Virus record (IMG/VR): IMGVR_UViG_3300007960_000019
Origin: an uncultured virus (IMG/VR IMGVR_UViG_3300007960_000019)
Taxonomy: Duplodnaviria > Heunggongvirae > Uroviricota > Caudoviricetes
DNA length: 64,000 bases
Direction: 5' to 3' (one strand)
This document shows, piece by piece, positions 29,170 through 41,269 of the stretch. The position numbers and the translations under genes are program-made. Every line of letters begins with the position of its first letter. Position 1 is the first letter of the stretch. The notes under the pieces were generated by a model. It was not told the DNA's origin and did not search any database. It was given only the letters and a program-made list of their open reading frames with translations.

Positions 29170-31353
29170 TTGAATTACCTAGAAGAAATGACGAGAAACA
29201 TCTATGAAAGACAGAAGTTTCTAATTGGAATAAACGGGGAACCAGATAAAAGGAACAAAGCATGGGTTTTACATGATAAAGACCCTCGCGAATTGCTAGT
29301 AGCATCCTACGGGCATGTAATTTCAAGTATCGAGAGAGCTGCAACCTTAACACAAATGACTAACAGTGTCGGTAAGTGCATAGATCGAAGGTTACAACTA
29401 CGACTAGACGAGCAGTCTATTGTGCACGTTGGTTTCTTTATTCTAGTTGCCTACTTTGAGTCTAAGATATTAAGGTTCTTCTGTAAGCACCAAAAGAAAA
29501 AGGGCAAACGTTCTAAGTTTCCAGTGTACATGGTAGGTGTAAAAAACCTTGAGGCATTAAACTCAATCATGGATATGGTTGAGGAAGACAACGTAAGTCT
29601 ATTTCCCTCTAAACAACCTCTCGCTGACTGGGGTAACAGCTTCTACCATGAACAGCTGAAAATCCCATTTATTAAGAATGCTCATGTTAATGCCATAACA
29701 AGGGCGAAAACAAATGACATGTCTTACTTAAAAAGTGTTCTTAATAAGCTACAACGTACTGGGTGGCGCATCAATAAACCTGTTTTTGATGCTTTCGAAG
29801 CTTGTTTAAATTCTCCAGTAAGTCCTTTCAAGTTCAGCAAAGAGATTGATCCTGAGAAAAGGGCATCCTTACTTGTAGAAGTTAGCGCTATCTATAAACT
29901 TTCTATCAAAAATATCGATAACCCCTTCTACCACCTATATAACCTTGACTTCCGTGGTAGGATTTACCCCAACACTGCCTTTCTACATGAGCAATCGTCT
30001 GATAACGCAAAGGGTCTTCTTCTTTTAGATGAACCTGTAAAGCTCGGAAAAGAAGGTAGTTACTGGCTAGCTGTACATACTGCAAACGTATGGGGTAACG
30101 ATAAGGTTTCTCTAGACGATAGAGTACAGTGGGTAGACGATAATATGGATGATATTCTCCTCTATGCATCTGACCCTATGAAGTACATTGGCTGGATGGA
30201 TGCGGAGAAACCATTCTGCTTCCTAGCTTGCTGTTATGAGTGGTCCATGTTGTCCAACTGGAATGGTGATGGTTATGCAATTGAGGATTTTCCATCATGT
30301 CTACCGGTATACATTGACGGTTCGAATAATGGTGTACAACACTTGGTTGCAATGTCTAAAGATGAAGGGATTGCACCTCTCGTGAATCTAGTGCCACAGG
30401 AACTTCCCGGCGACGTTTATATGTTCATCGCAGAACATACTATGGAAAACGTTCAGAGAGATCTAGCAGAGCTGGACCCTAAGCTTGTTAACATGTTTGA
30501 CGAGATCCACCCTACATTAGTTGAGCTTCGTAAAGATGTCGCCAAGTATGTACCGGGGACCGAGTTGTATACTTCAGCTAAAAAACGACTCAGCGAGTTT
30601 GGCAACTCATGTCACGATAATAAGAGTAAGCTAGGTCCTGTCTTTTGGTCTAAAGTCACTGATAAAAAGATTTGGAGGAAAACTGTTAAACGCCCAACTA
30701 TGACTCTTGGCTATGGTGGTACTCAGTTTGGCATGGTGGATATGGTTGATACTGACACCGAGGGGCTTTCTGAGTACCTCCGGCATAAAGACAAATCTTG
30801 GTCTGCTTATCTTGGACGACGTATCTACGACACTTGCTATGAAGAGTTAAAGGGACCTGCTGCCCTACTCAAGATGTTCGTAAAACTAGCGGAGCAAGAA
30901 AACGAAAAAGATACACCTATCACCTTTGACCAGATTGTCACAGGTTTCCCCTTCGTACACTCTTACAGGGAACCCGAGACTAAAGTGGTGCGACTAAACT
31001 ACCAAGGGCAACGACTAGAACTAAGGATTGAAGTCTGGAAAGAAGCAACCTTGAAAAAGTCTAAACAAAAGACTGGTGCAGCTCCTAATATAGTACATAG
31101 TGTAGATGCAGTCCATCTGAGTATGTTTGTAAATGATGCTCCATACCCTGTTACAGTGGTGCATGACTCCTTTGGCTGTCATGCAGGTAACATGGACAAG
31201 GCTTTCCATGATGTAAGGCTTAAATTCATAGAACTTTATGAAATGGATCCTCTGGAATACATTTTATCCCAGATGGATGCGATACACCTGATCCCAGAAA
31301 AAGGAAAACTGAATGTGCACGAGATCCTCGATTCCGATTACGCTTTTGCTTGA
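29170..31353 (+). CDS. T7/T3-like single-subunit DNA-directed RNA polymerase
   Basis: LDFRGRIY, IDGSNNGVQH (A), RKTVKRPTMTLGYG (B), PNIVHSVDA, VVHDSFG (C); TTG start with GAGGAG SD. Confidence 0.95.
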   Translation: MNYLEEMTRNIYERQKFLIGINGEPDKRNKAWVLHDKDPRELLVASYGHVISSIERAATLTQMTNSVGKCIDRRLQLRLDEQSIVHVGFFILVAYFESKILRFFCKHQKKKGKRSKFPVYMVGVKNLEALNSIMDMVEEDNVSLFPSKQPLADWGNSFYHEQLKIPFIKNAHVNAITRAKTNDMSYLKSVLNKLQRTGWRINKPVFDAFEACLNSPVSPFKFSKEIDPEKRASLLVEVSAIYKLSIKNIDNPFYHLYNLDFRGRIYPNTAFLHEQSSDNAKGLLLLDEPVKLGKEGSYWLAVHTANVWGNDKVSLDDRVQWVDDNMDDILLYASDPMKYIGWMDAEKPFCFLACCYEWSMLSNWNGDGYAIEDFPSCLPVYIDGSNNGVQHLVAMSKDEGIAPLVNLVPQELPGDVYMFIAEHTMENVQRDLAELDPKLVNMFDEIHPTLVELRKDVAKYVPGTELYTSAKKRLSEFGNSCHDNKSKLGPVFWSKVTDKKIWRKTVKRPTMTLGYGGTQFGMVDMVDTDTEGLSEYLRHKDKSWSAYLGRRIYDTCYEELKGPAALLKMFVKLAEQENEKDTPITFDQIVTGFPFVHSYREPETKVVRLNYQGQRLELRIEVWKEATLKKSKQKTGAAPNIVHSVDAVHLSMFVNDAPYPVTVVHDSFGCHAGNMDKAFHDVRLKFIELYEMDPLEYILSQMDAIHLIPEKGKLNVHEILDSDYAFA

Positions 31354-31557
31354 GGTAGGTGACACCTTGAGGCTTTCGTCCTTTGACGAACTTCCAAACT
31401 CCTCTTTCAAGATTGAAAATATTTACGAAGACGGCATTACAGGGCTGTGTCACTTTGACGGAGACGACTTCCCTGAATATGGCGAGCTTTATGTAGATGA
31501 CTTCTACTTGATCTATGAAGTTCGAAAGAACCGTAATCATAAGAAATAAATAGAGAA

Positions 31558-31575
31558 TAATACGACGTACTAATG
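31558..31575 (+). promoter_or_regulatory. phage RNAP promoter, class A copy 3 (upstream of SSB)
   Basis: TAATACGACGTACTAATG, 14/18 identical to the T7 consensus. Confidence 0.85.
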
Positions 31576-31634
31576 ACCAAAGGGATCACCTAGGTCTTAT
31601 ACACTATAGAGAACATACCAAAAGGAACAATATT

Positions 31635-32162
31635 ATGGCTATTCTAAAAAATGTAGAAATCTTCTTTGCTAAGCTTGACCCGAAGCGTCCTAACAGTAAA
31701 TTTAACTCTGAGAACCCCTCTTGGGAGATCCAAATTCGTTCACGCGATAAGAAAGTAGCTCAGTCATGGAAAGAACTAAAACTAAACGTAAAGGCTGATG
31801 AAGATGATAATGGTCTTTTCTATAAAGTGAATCTAAAGAAAAAGTCCAAGAAGCGTGATGGTGAACCACAGCAACCGGTAACGATCGTAGACGGTCAGCT
31901 GAATCCTCTAGACCCAAATACAATCGGGAATGGATCCGTTGCTAACGTGCGTGTATTCCAGTACGAATACGAGGTTGGTGGTCAGAAGAAAACAGCATCT
32001 ATGCTGATGGCTGTTCAAGTGACTAAACTCTTCGAGTATACCCCTAAACCTCGTGAGGATGAGTTCGAGATGACGGATACAGAGGTTGTCAAGCTAGCGG
32101 ATAACCAGATCATTGATGAAGATGATGTCAGCTTCGACCAAGATGATAACATTGACTTCTGA
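31635..32162 (+). CDS. single-stranded DNA-binding protein (T7 gp2.5-like)
   Basis: IGNGSVANV, L.AVQV..L.EY, acidic tail ending in F. Confidence 0.8.
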   Translation: MAILKNVEIFFAKLDPKRPNSKFNSENPSWEIQIRSRDKKVAQSWKELKLNVKADEDDNGLFYKVNLKKKSKKRDGEPQQPVTIVDGQLNPLDPNTIGNGSVANVRVFQYEYEVGGQKKTASMLMAVQVTKLFEYTPKPREDEFEMTDTEVVKLADNQIIDEDDVSFDQDDNIDF

Positions 32163-32178
32163 TAACTAAAACAACAAC

Positions 32179-32207
32179 GGGAATCCCTTCGGGGGGTTCC
32201 CATTTTT
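32179..32207 (+). terminator. intrinsic terminator with UUCG tetraloop
   Basis: GGGAATCCCTTCGGGGGGTTCCC followed by ATTTTT. Confidence 0.75.
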
Positions 32208-32254
32208 ATTGACCTTGGTGGTGGTGATATAAAACCCGAAAGGAAGTACTTAAT

Positions 32255-32692
32255 ATGAAAAACTTCACATATTGTGCCGGACCTATGGAAGACTGCACTG
32301 AAGAGCACATGAAGTCGTGGAGAGAGCACGCTACTTCTCGGCTAGGCTTTATGGGGATTGATACGCTTGACCCAACTCGTCGAGTAAGCTTTCATGACCA
32401 ACTTCAGCCACATCTACAAGATATCACTAAGACAATGAATACTTGCAAACGTATTTTCAAGACCGATATGCAAGATATCGCCAACTCTAGAGTAGTTCTT
32501 GCGGATGTGCGTCGGTCTTCTGGCCGTGGTACGGGGACGGCTATGGAACTCATGTTTGCACATATGAAGAACAAGATTATCATCCTGTGGTGTGATGAAG
32601 GTGACCATATCCACCCATTCTACGAATCGATTGCGACTGAAAAGCACTTTGACTTAGATGACGCCATTGAAGCAGTAGCGGAGTACTACTAA
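32255..32692 (+). CDS. nucleoside 2-deoxyribosyltransferase / dNMP N-glycosidase-like protein
   Basis: Y.AGPM...WRE, D..DI..S.VVLA, GT.MEL..A motifs. Confidence 0.75.
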   Translation: MKNFTYCAGPMEDCTEEHMKSWREHATSRLGFMGIDTLDPTRRVSFHDQLQPHLQDITKTMNTCKRIFKTDMQDIANSRVVLADVRRSSGRGTGTAMELMFAHMKNKIIILWCDEGDHIHPFYESIATEKHFDLDDAIEAVAEYY

Positions 32693-32896
32693 TGAACATT
32701 GTAAAGATTCGCATCGATGACGTTCATGACCTGATTCTGACCCAGTCTCGGGAATCTTCAGGTGCAGACTATGGTTATACAACTAAAACAGAAGCAGTAA
32801 TCTGTGGCCCAGAAGGTCCCTACGCTTCTGCAGTTAAGGAGCTAAAGAACACAAAGGAACTAGCAGAATATATCCTTCACTACTTTGGGGATTGAC

Positions 32897-33295
32897 ATGT
32901 CCAATCCAACTATGACCATGAGCATGACTAAAGTCTACCGTGAAAACCAAGGAGTACGGAAGGGGCGCGATAAAGGTCAATACATTCTTTACCACATCTT
33001 CTGCCCAACAAAGCACAGAGGTATCCACCAAGGTTATATTGGCGTATCCCGACTAAGCCTAGAAGGTGTTCGTAAGCGTTACGAATATGAACTCATTGAA
33101 GCGATGGACCCTAATCACATCCGTAAAGTGAGACATGTACATAAGATGATGAAACAGTTCGGATGGGATATCAGAGTTCTCGCAACGGGCCTAACAAAAG
33201 AGAAGGCTTATGAACTAGAGAGGGCGCTACGACCTGAACAGAATACAGGTGGTAAAGACCGCTATAACTGGAACATTGCTAAAGGAGGGTTGTAA
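32897..33295 (+). CDS. GIY-YIG-like nuclease domain protein
   Basis: LYHI...GYIGVS...R...A.ELE..LRP...WN...GG. Confidence 0.55.
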   Translation: MSNPTMTMSMTKVYRENQGVRKGRDKGQYILYHIFCPTKHRGIHQGYIGVSRLSLEGVRKRYEYELIEAMDPNHIRKVRHVHKMMKQFGWDIRVLATGLTKEKAYELERALRPEQNTGGKDRYNWNIAKGGL

Positions 33296-33817
33296 ATTAT
33301 GCCTTCATTGAACCTGCGAAAAACTTACAAGTATGTGGACTCTTGCTCAGATCTTGATGAGTGGGTCACTGTAGGTGAGTTTGAGATTTTATGGAAAGAA
33401 AGAGTGGATACAGACAAAGATGGCTACGAATACTGGGCCAACGAGTATCTTATCAAAGTAAGCTCTGATAGTAGTGTTGACGAGGTAATTGCTGCACTTA
33501 AAAGCGAATTTACGTATTGGGGTTGCCACCATGATTACGACTGCTGTGGTTGCCCACTGCTTAGTGTCAGCAATATCACCAAGGTAAGCGAAGACAACTA
33601 CTACCTAGTGCAAACAGGATCAAGGAACTACTGATATGGATCTATACAAAGTTCAAACTATCGATGAGCATGGGTATTGGGAGACTGCCGATTACTCGTT
33701 TAATGAGAAGGTTGCAATCAAGTCGTTTGACTATTTCTTTGAGACAGGAACACCTGTTCGACTTGTAAAGGAGGTCATGATCATGGAGTATGTAGATGGG
33801 AAAATACGGTACCAGAA

Positions 33818-34285
33818 ATGAACATATTCTTTCTCGACTATGACACTAAGAAGTGCGCAGAGAGCCACATAGACAAGCATGTGGTCAAGATGATTCTAGA
33901 GTATGCCCAGCTAATGTCCACGGCACACCGTGTACTAGACGGCTCAGAGAATGAGACTCTGTATAAGTCTACACATATGAACCACCCCTGTGGTATATGG
34001 ATTCGTGAAGACAAAGCTAACTATGACTATGTGTACTCCCTCTTCCTAGACCTTTGTGATGAGTATCGTGTTCGTTATGGGAAGACACACCTAACAGAAA
34101 CTAAGCTAAAAGATCTGCTTCTTGAAGCCCCAAGGAACATGCCGGATAATGGTATGACTTGGCCAGCTCAAGCAATGCCAGAAGAATATCGGAGTGAAGA
34201 CCCTGTAGACGCTTACCGTGCCTACTATAAGGGTTCAAAGGCAGAGATTGCTACTTGGAAAACCAAACAACCGGAGTGGTGGTAA
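33818..34285 (+). CDS. pyrimidine dimer DNA glycosylase / endonuclease V-like protein
   Basis: MNIFFLD...DKHVVKMILEYAQL, TH.NHPC..W and AYRAYY motifs. Confidence 0.8.
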   Translation: MNIFFLDYDTKKCAESHIDKHVVKMILEYAQLMSTAHRVLDGSENETLYKSTHMNHPCGIWIREDKANYDYVYSLFLDLCDEYRVRYGKTHLTETKLKDLLLEAPRNMPDNGMTWPAQAMPEEYRSEDPVDAYRAYYKGSKAEIATWKTKQPEWW

Positions 34286-34465
34286 TGACGAAACTTAATT
34301 ATGAAGAACTAAAAGACGTAGAGTTGATAAAGGACCTCGTTGAAGAACGCGCAGCTATTCTCGAATACGACGCTGGTTATTCTAGGTCTGCTGCAAATAA
34401 CCTATCAGCTAGAATGTATGGTTTCGAAAGCTACGAAGATTATATTGACTTTGTGCGGAGGCGCT

Positions 34466-35056
34466 ATGATGAAGAATAATCGGGTTGTGAGTCGGTTAAT
34501 GATTGAGGAGAACATTAAATCACTTGTGGATTGTGGGTGGTCAGAATGGAACATCTCCGATGGGAAAATGCCTCCCAAGGGTCCCGTATCTTACATCCTT
34601 TATAATGAACTGCCAATTAGCGACGAAATAGCATCGGCAATCGGCGTCGAGGAAGCCTCTAGACTGAACTGGTTTTTACCAGCGGAGGCGTGTAATAGAA
34701 TCGCTCTATTTAAGGAGTTAAATGACGTGAAATCTGAATACGGAGAATACGGTGAGAACAACGGCCCTCTTAAGCCGTTTGATGAAGAAGCCTATTGGGC
34801 AGCTCAACATCAAAAGACTACTCAAGATGCTGTGAACCCTAAACATTACAAGGAAATCCTACCGGGATATGAGTATTTCGATATTATGGATCATGTCCTT
34901 ATCGGCTGGGAGGGTAGCCAAGCTCATGCTCTTGGTCAAGCCTACAAGTATATCATGAGGCTCGGTAAGAAGGATGACCCAGTCCAAGAGCTAGATAAGG
35001 CTATCTGGTATCTTAACCGTCTTAAAGAAGATATTAAAAATAAGGGGAAACTCTAA
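34466..35056 (+). CDS. DUF3310 domain protein (T7 gp1.7-like)
   Basis: DAVNPKHY...KYIMRLGKKD...ELDKAIWYL. Confidence 0.75.
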   Translation: MMKNNRVVSRLMIEENIKSLVDCGWSEWNISDGKMPPKGPVSYILYNELPISDEIASAIGVEEASRLNWFLPAEACNRIALFKELNDVKSEYGEYGENNGPLKPFDEEAYWAAQHQKTTQDAVNPKHYKEILPGYEYFDIMDHVLIGWEGSQAHALGQAYKYIMRLGKKDDPVQELDKAIWYLNRLKEDIKNKGKL

Positions 35057-35756
35057 TGCTTAACATTGACGAGATTAACGAATGGGATGAATATAACAAA
35101 CTTGAAATCAAAAAGTCTGGACACTTCCTACTTTCCGCTGTAAACAGCATGGATATCGCACTTAAGCATCTGAAAACAACAATGAACATTGAAAGTTCAA
35201 TGCTGGATGTTATTTATGAGGATCTAGCAAACACACGAGATGCTCTCAATCGTTTCTGTGTAGCTAATGATTTGTACGGGCTATATCACGGAGATGAGTG
35301 GCCAGATTTCGTAGATGGAGAACTTTGATGTCTGAGGTATATGGATACTACTCTGGAAATGAGATTACAGTGCATTTTACAGCAACTGCTTATGAAAATG
35401 ACTACGGTGTAAGGGGGTCACCTGTCTGGCTGGAATATGAAGATTTCCGCATCGATAGTCTAGAAATCCTAGGGGTTGACGTAAATCCTGATACCCTGCC
35501 CGGACCTCTAGTTGCAGCAATTCTTGAGCTAGTGGATGAAGTTGAGTTTTGTGAAGTAGATTTTGGATGACTACTACAGGAGATACTATGAACATTTACT
35601 TTAGACACATCAAGAAGATGGCAGAGGCTTACAGGTCACACCACCCTCTAGTAACTATCCGACAGGCTGTGCATGAGGCGAGCATGTCTTATGATCTTTA
35701 TAAAGAGGCTGAAGCTGAAATCATTCTCTCAGATATGTATGACGAGAGGTGAATAG

Positions 35757-37556
35757 ATGGCACATAGAGTGCTAGTAGCAGATATTGAGGCAGACAATCT
35801 CCTTGATAACATTACGAAGGTACACTGCGCTGGATGTATAGACGTTGATACAGGGGAAGAATTCTTCTTCCGACCACACGAAATTGATAAGTTTCTAGCT
35901 AAGTTGGACGAAGCCCAGATCATTGTATTCCATAACGCTATGGGGTATGACCTACCAGCTCTAAAGAAGGTGTACGGGTGGGAGCACAAGGGCACTCAAC
36001 AATGCACCAAGGTTATGTCTCAAGTACTAAATTACCGTCGCTTTGGTTTTGGTCATTCTCTTAAGCAGTGGGGGAATTTCTTTAAGGACTACAAGGGCGA
36101 CTATGACGGTGGCTGGGAAGAGTTCAACGAAGATATGTTTGAGTACATGAAACAAGACATTCGACTTGGTGTTAAGGTATATAACTATCTCGTAGCTGAA
36201 CTCAAGAACTACATTAAGAGGAGTGGCTCCAAGTCGATTCTATCTGCACTCCGTAATGAGATGTCTATGGATGCTATAATGGTCAAACAATGCCAGAATG
36301 GCTGGCAGTTTGATGTAGAGGGTGCTAAGAAACTTCTAAGTGATATCGAGAAAAGAACCAAGGAAATTGAAGAATTAATCAACCCTCAACTTCCTGCAAG
36401 AATTAAGGCAGTGGATAATGAGTCGAAAAAGCCGAAGTTTACAAAAATTGGAAAGCCTGTTAGCTGGATGCGTAATTGGTTTCAGCTTAGTGATGAGTGC
36501 TCTGTTGATACTTGCCCTATCTGGGGAGAATTCTCCCGTATTGAAATTATTACTGGGGATATCGGCAATACTGATACTGTTAAGAAGCTTCTTTATACTC
36601 TGGGGTGGAAGCCGGACGAGTGGAACTGGAAAAAGGTCAATGGAGAGTTCGTCAAGGTCTCCCCAAAACTCACGGATAGTTCACTGGAACCACTCGGAGA
36701 AGTAGGTTCCGCTCTTTCAGAGTACTATACTCTACGTTCTCGCAAATCAATCTTAGAAGGGTGGTTTCCACATGTTGATGCTAATGGTCGTCTTCACGGT
36801 GATGTTTTTAATATTGGAACTCCAACCTTCCGACAGACACACAAGATTATCGCCAACCTCCCTTCAGGAAAGGCTGTATTGGGGAAAGAGTTCCGTGAGC
36901 TATTCATCACAAGACCGGGCTATAAGCTTGTATCTGCTGACTCTGCGGCCTGTCAGCTACGTCTGCTAGCTCATTACTTGAAAGACGACGAATTCACACA
37001 TACTATCCTAGAAGGTGATATCCACCAGAAGAATGCAGATATTCTTGGTTGTTCTCGCAACACAGCTAAGCCTTTCATCTTTGCTTTCCTTTACGGGGCA
37101 GGTGGTAAGAAGCTTGGCAGTATCCTTGGTGTTAGTGAACGTGAGGGTAATAGAAAGAAGAACGACTACCTAAACTCTCTACCCTTCTTAAAGAAGTTAA
37201 TTGAGAGTGTTCAGAATATCGTGGAAGTTCAGGGGTACATCCCCGGTCTAGACGATAGGCCAATTCATGCAGAGTCTGCGCATAAAGCCTTGAACTATCT
37301 TATCCAAGGTGCAGAGGCTGTGGTTATGAAGTATACTGTAGTAATGATTGAAGAAGAACTTGAGAAGGCTGGTCTGGATGCCTCTATCCTGCTGTTCTAT
37401 CACGACGAAGTCACTTATGAAGTTCGTGAAGACCAAGCTGAAGAAGCTCAGGCTATCATCCTCCGCTGTTTTGAAGAGGCACCTAAGAAGCTAGGTGTGG
37501 AGATCATGACATGCGGTGACTGCAAAATCGGAAATGACTATTACGAGGTACACTAA
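35757..37556 (+). CDS. family A DNA polymerase (T7-like) with 3'-5' exonuclease
   Basis: ADIEAD, HNAMGYD, YMKQD (exonuclease); SADSAACQLR, RNTAKPFIFAFLYG, YHDE (polymerase A/B/C). Confidence 0.95.
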   Translation: MAHRVLVADIEADNLLDNITKVHCAGCIDVDTGEEFFFRPHEIDKFLAKLDEAQIIVFHNAMGYDLPALKKVYGWEHKGTQQCTKVMSQVLNYRRFGFGHSLKQWGNFFKDYKGDYDGGWEEFNEDMFEYMKQDIRLGVKVYNYLVAELKNYIKRSGSKSILSALRNEMSMDAIMVKQCQNGWQFDVEGAKKLLSDIEKRTKEIEELINPQLPARIKAVDNESKKPKFTKIGKPVSWMRNWFQLSDECSVDTCPIWGEFSRIEIITGDIGNTDTVKKLLYTLGWKPDEWNWKKVNGEFVKVSPKLTDSSLEPLGEVGSALSEYYTLRSRKSILEGWFPHVDANGRLHGDVFNIGTPTFRQTHKIIANLPSGKAVLGKEFRELFITRPGYKLVSADSAACQLRLLAHYLKDDEFTHTILEGDIHQKNADILGCSRNTAKPFIFAFLYGAGGKKLGSILGVSEREGNRKKNDYLNSLPFLKKLIESVQNIVEVQGYIPGLDDRPIHAESAHKALNYLIQGAEAVVMKYTVVMIEEELEKAGLDASILLFYHDEVTYEVREDQAEEAQAIILRCFEEAPKKLGVEIMTCGDCKIGNDYYEVH

Positions 37557-38349
37557 TGACTAAACTCATCAACAATCACGTTATCTTCTCTTTTGACAAC
37601 CCATACCAAATTCACACTGCAGCACAATTCTATCGGTATCTAGACACACTTTTAGCAATGGGCTACCTTAATTACACTCCACAGCTAGGTAAGGGTTACT
37701 ACAAAGGTGTCATTGAACCTTGTGTAATGATGGACTACAATGACTTCATGGAACATGTCCGGCATGTTGACTGGATTGACAACCAAGAGTCATTCCTTGT
37801 TCTAAACCCCCGGAATCCCCGCACTATCGCTATGCAGGGTACTCTGCTGTATGCTAACGATGATGAGGAATACCTTGGGGATTGGGAGGAAGTTTCTCAT
37901 ATAGAAGCAATGATTAAATGTGAGGGTTGGACTTACCTTGACGGAAAATACTATACCTGCTCTTGATGACTTCCACACGGAGGTCTTCATAGAGTTTATC
38001 CGTAGCGGGTATATAAACGATGACTCAATCCAGAACTATCTGGGTTGGGTTCAAGACTGGTATCATGCAAACAAAGAGGAAATCCTAAAATGACTGTTAC
38101 TGTTTCTCTTGAAACCTACATCCTTAACGAATTTGACCGTTTCTTTCTTAATACTAAGTTCGAGGGCATCCACATTAACCATGACCTGAAGTCACACCTT
38201 GATGACCTTGAGCATCGAATTCTTGAGTGTGCTTCTCAGGAACATACTTCCGAGATGGAACAAGCTCGCGAGGAGGCTTTCGAGGCCGGTTATGAATCAG
38301 GGTTTTATGAAGGTGAAATTGAGGGTTATGACCGTGGCCTTGATGCGGG

Positions 38350-38758
38350 CTACGACCAAGCAATCGAAGATTATGACATCGAAGTTTAATATGGAGGACA
38401 CTAGAATGATTGGCTACAAACTGTTCCGCAAGATGAAAGATGGTTATGCACCCTTGTTCATCAACAAGACACAACGCCTTCAGGCTGGTGTCGAATATCC
38501 CTATGAAGACAAACCTACTAAAGGCTTTGCACATCGTCCGGGTTGGCATGTATGTTCAAAGATGGATGCCCCTCACCTGAAAAAAGAGGGTACTAATCGT
38601 GTATGGTGTAAAGTAGAGTTCACTAATATGCAGACTGTGAATCGTCCTGCAACACAGGGCGGTATCTGGTATCTTGGCTCAACCATGAAAATACTTGAAG
38701 AGGTGGGTAAATAAGTGAAGAACTACGACCAAGCAATCGAAGATTATGATATCGAGGT
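38350..38758 (+). repeat. 36-bp direct repeat (38350-38385 and 38723-38758) flanking ORF 38406-38714
   Basis: CTACGACCAAGCAATCGAAGATTATGA(C/T)ATCGA(A/G)GT, two mismatches between copies. Confidence 0.85.
38406..38714 (+). CDS. hypothetical phage protein
   Basis: GGAGG SD; GYKLFR...PLFIN...GFAHRPGWH.C...APHL. Confidence 0.65.
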   Translation: MIGYKLFRKMKDGYAPLFINKTQRLQAGVEYPYEDKPTKGFAHRPGWHVCSKMDAPHLKKEGTNRVWCKVEFTNMQTVNRPATQGGIWYLGSTMKILEEVGK

Positions 38759-41269
38759 GTGATGTACAATGAATATTGAAATGTATCAAGAAGGTGTTTT
38801 CTGGGTGGTATGGCTTCGCGAGAAGGATACTTTCCTTAAGTTTGACCATAAGGAAGAAGCTAACGACTTCATAGTAGCTTATCTGAAAGGGGAATAAGAT
38901 GTTCACGATTGAACTCGATACCGACCGTGGTCACGGAATAACAATCACTACACTCGATAACTCAGGTGTAAATGATGATGTAGAAGTCATCTTGTATGAT
39001 GACCAAGTGTTTGTTCGTCAGTTTGACGAGTTTGATGGCTCTCAGATGATTATCATGTCTGTACAACAAATGAAAGACATCGTGGCTGCTATGAGCCTAC
39101 CTGAAGGGGCTTACTATCAATCAACTTCGCTGAAAGGTGGAAGAAATGAGTGATTATGTATATAGAGTTACTATTGCCTTATCAATGCTATTCAATGTTA
39201 TTTTAGGTGGTCCACTTGGTCAAACCCTCTCAGCACGACAATATGATCTTTATCGACGTGGTAAGCCTAATATGTCTAAAGCTGTTGATATGGTTCTAGG
39301 TAAGGGTCATTGTCTTGAATGCTGGGTTTGGTGGAGGCTACGGAAATGGTGAGAAATAGTAAGACTGAAATTTTTGAAGAGCTAACTTCTGTTGAAAGAA
39401 CTTAAAGAGCTGGAGGACGATTATGAGTGACTACAAACAAACACGAGACGCAGCAGGTATCATCACCTCTCGCTTCTCTAACATGCTGAAGAACCTACAG
39501 GAAGACTACGAGGAAGAGATTGTTGTCGTATCCCTGATGAGGTATTACGAGCTGTGTGCTAAACCAGACAAGATTGACAACACGGTTAATGAATACATTG
39601 ACCCTGATGAAGACCTGCTCTGGGCTATTGAACGAGTGCTGGAAGACTATATGACAAAGGTAGACTTCAATGACTGGCTTATGACACGATATGGAGGAAA
39701 GCGTGATGGTAAATGATGTTACAGTCACCTTAGACATCTGGACATTTGAAGAAATGGCTGACCGGATCGAAGAGTTGGAAGAGGTTCTAAAGGAAGTGGA
39801 TCAATGGGCCGAGGAACTAGGTGTGTATGCTGACCCACACTCTAAGCCTGCACCTATCTTCATCAAAGTAAGGGAGGTTCTCAATGGACGAGATGGACGA
39901 GTTTGAGGCTGAACTTGAAGCCTACAGGGCACAGGGTAGGCTGACCCTAGAAGAAATCAAACTAGAAACAGATGAACTTGGTATCTGGTTATTAGTTGGA
40001 GACAAACAGGCTGGTCATGTAAGTTGGTATGAGTTTACTAGACATATTCAACAACAACTACTGCAAGAGAAGTTCCTACTGGTTCTTGCCAAACTTGATG
40101 AAGAGGATGGATTGCTATGAAAGTAACGGATGTACTTGCAAACGTACTACAGACTAATGCAGCCGCAGAGATTATGAACGAGTTAGTTCTTGCTACTCTT
40201 ATTAGCTCTCGTGATACTTGTGTCGAAGCACGAGATAGGCTTGATGCTATTATCATTTTTCGTGACCTAAAACCACATGAAGAAGAAGACTGGGCATGTC
40301 TAGTTCAAGACATTCAAGCTCTTAATCGTGTAATTGAATACTACGGGGGATGACAAAATGTATACCCCTGACAACTGGGTTATTATTAAGCTAAACGGAC
40401 CTGACCCACACTACCGTGTTCTTGCTGGTTGGTCTGGTGGTTATACAACAGGCGACTCTTGGCGATTAAATAGCGGAATTACCCACCATGAGTTTGATGG
40501 TGACTATTGGTATTTCAAAGGCAGTACTGGTAGCTGTTATAAATGTTATGTAGCTAGCTATGAAATTAAAATGAATATTGCTCATGTCTGGGCAAAGCTA
40601 CAAAAACTTAATGGCGATAAGGTTGAACTGCTTGAAGATCAAGCGTGGACCAAAGAAGATTGGGATTGGATTATAAAATGAGTCATTGGCACTATCAATT
40701 GATGAAGCACTCGGCTGGTGAGACTTACGTCTACTACGCTATCCATGAATACTATGAAATGGAAGATGGTGGTGGCTGGACAGAAAACCCCGTAAATGTA
40801 ACTGGTGATAGCATTGAAGACGTTAAAAAGGCACTTATGCTTATGCTACACGACATCGACAAACACGGAGTAAAAGACTATGAGTGATGAGCTACTAATC
40901 AAGTTTGTAGAAGAAAGAGTACATGGGGATGGTTCCGCTACTTACACATTTGACATGAATGATGACATGCACCATCTATGTGGTGAGCTAGGTCTAAAGC
41001 TACTACTGTATTGTGGTATGTTGAATAGATCACCTGAGTATGTCTTCGAGCTACTAGGGGAAGAAATTGATTCAATGCTGGCAAGGCACAAGGGGAACGG
41101 GGATGAAGTTCATTCACCAGACTGAGGATGGTACGAAGATTGAATATGAACTCACTGGTTGGATGCCACTTGATGAGGTACTCCAAGAGTTTCAGAACTT
41201 CCTTCGTGCTTGTGGCTATGTAATTGACTACAACACAGTATTAGATATTGTAGAAATGGAGGGACAACA

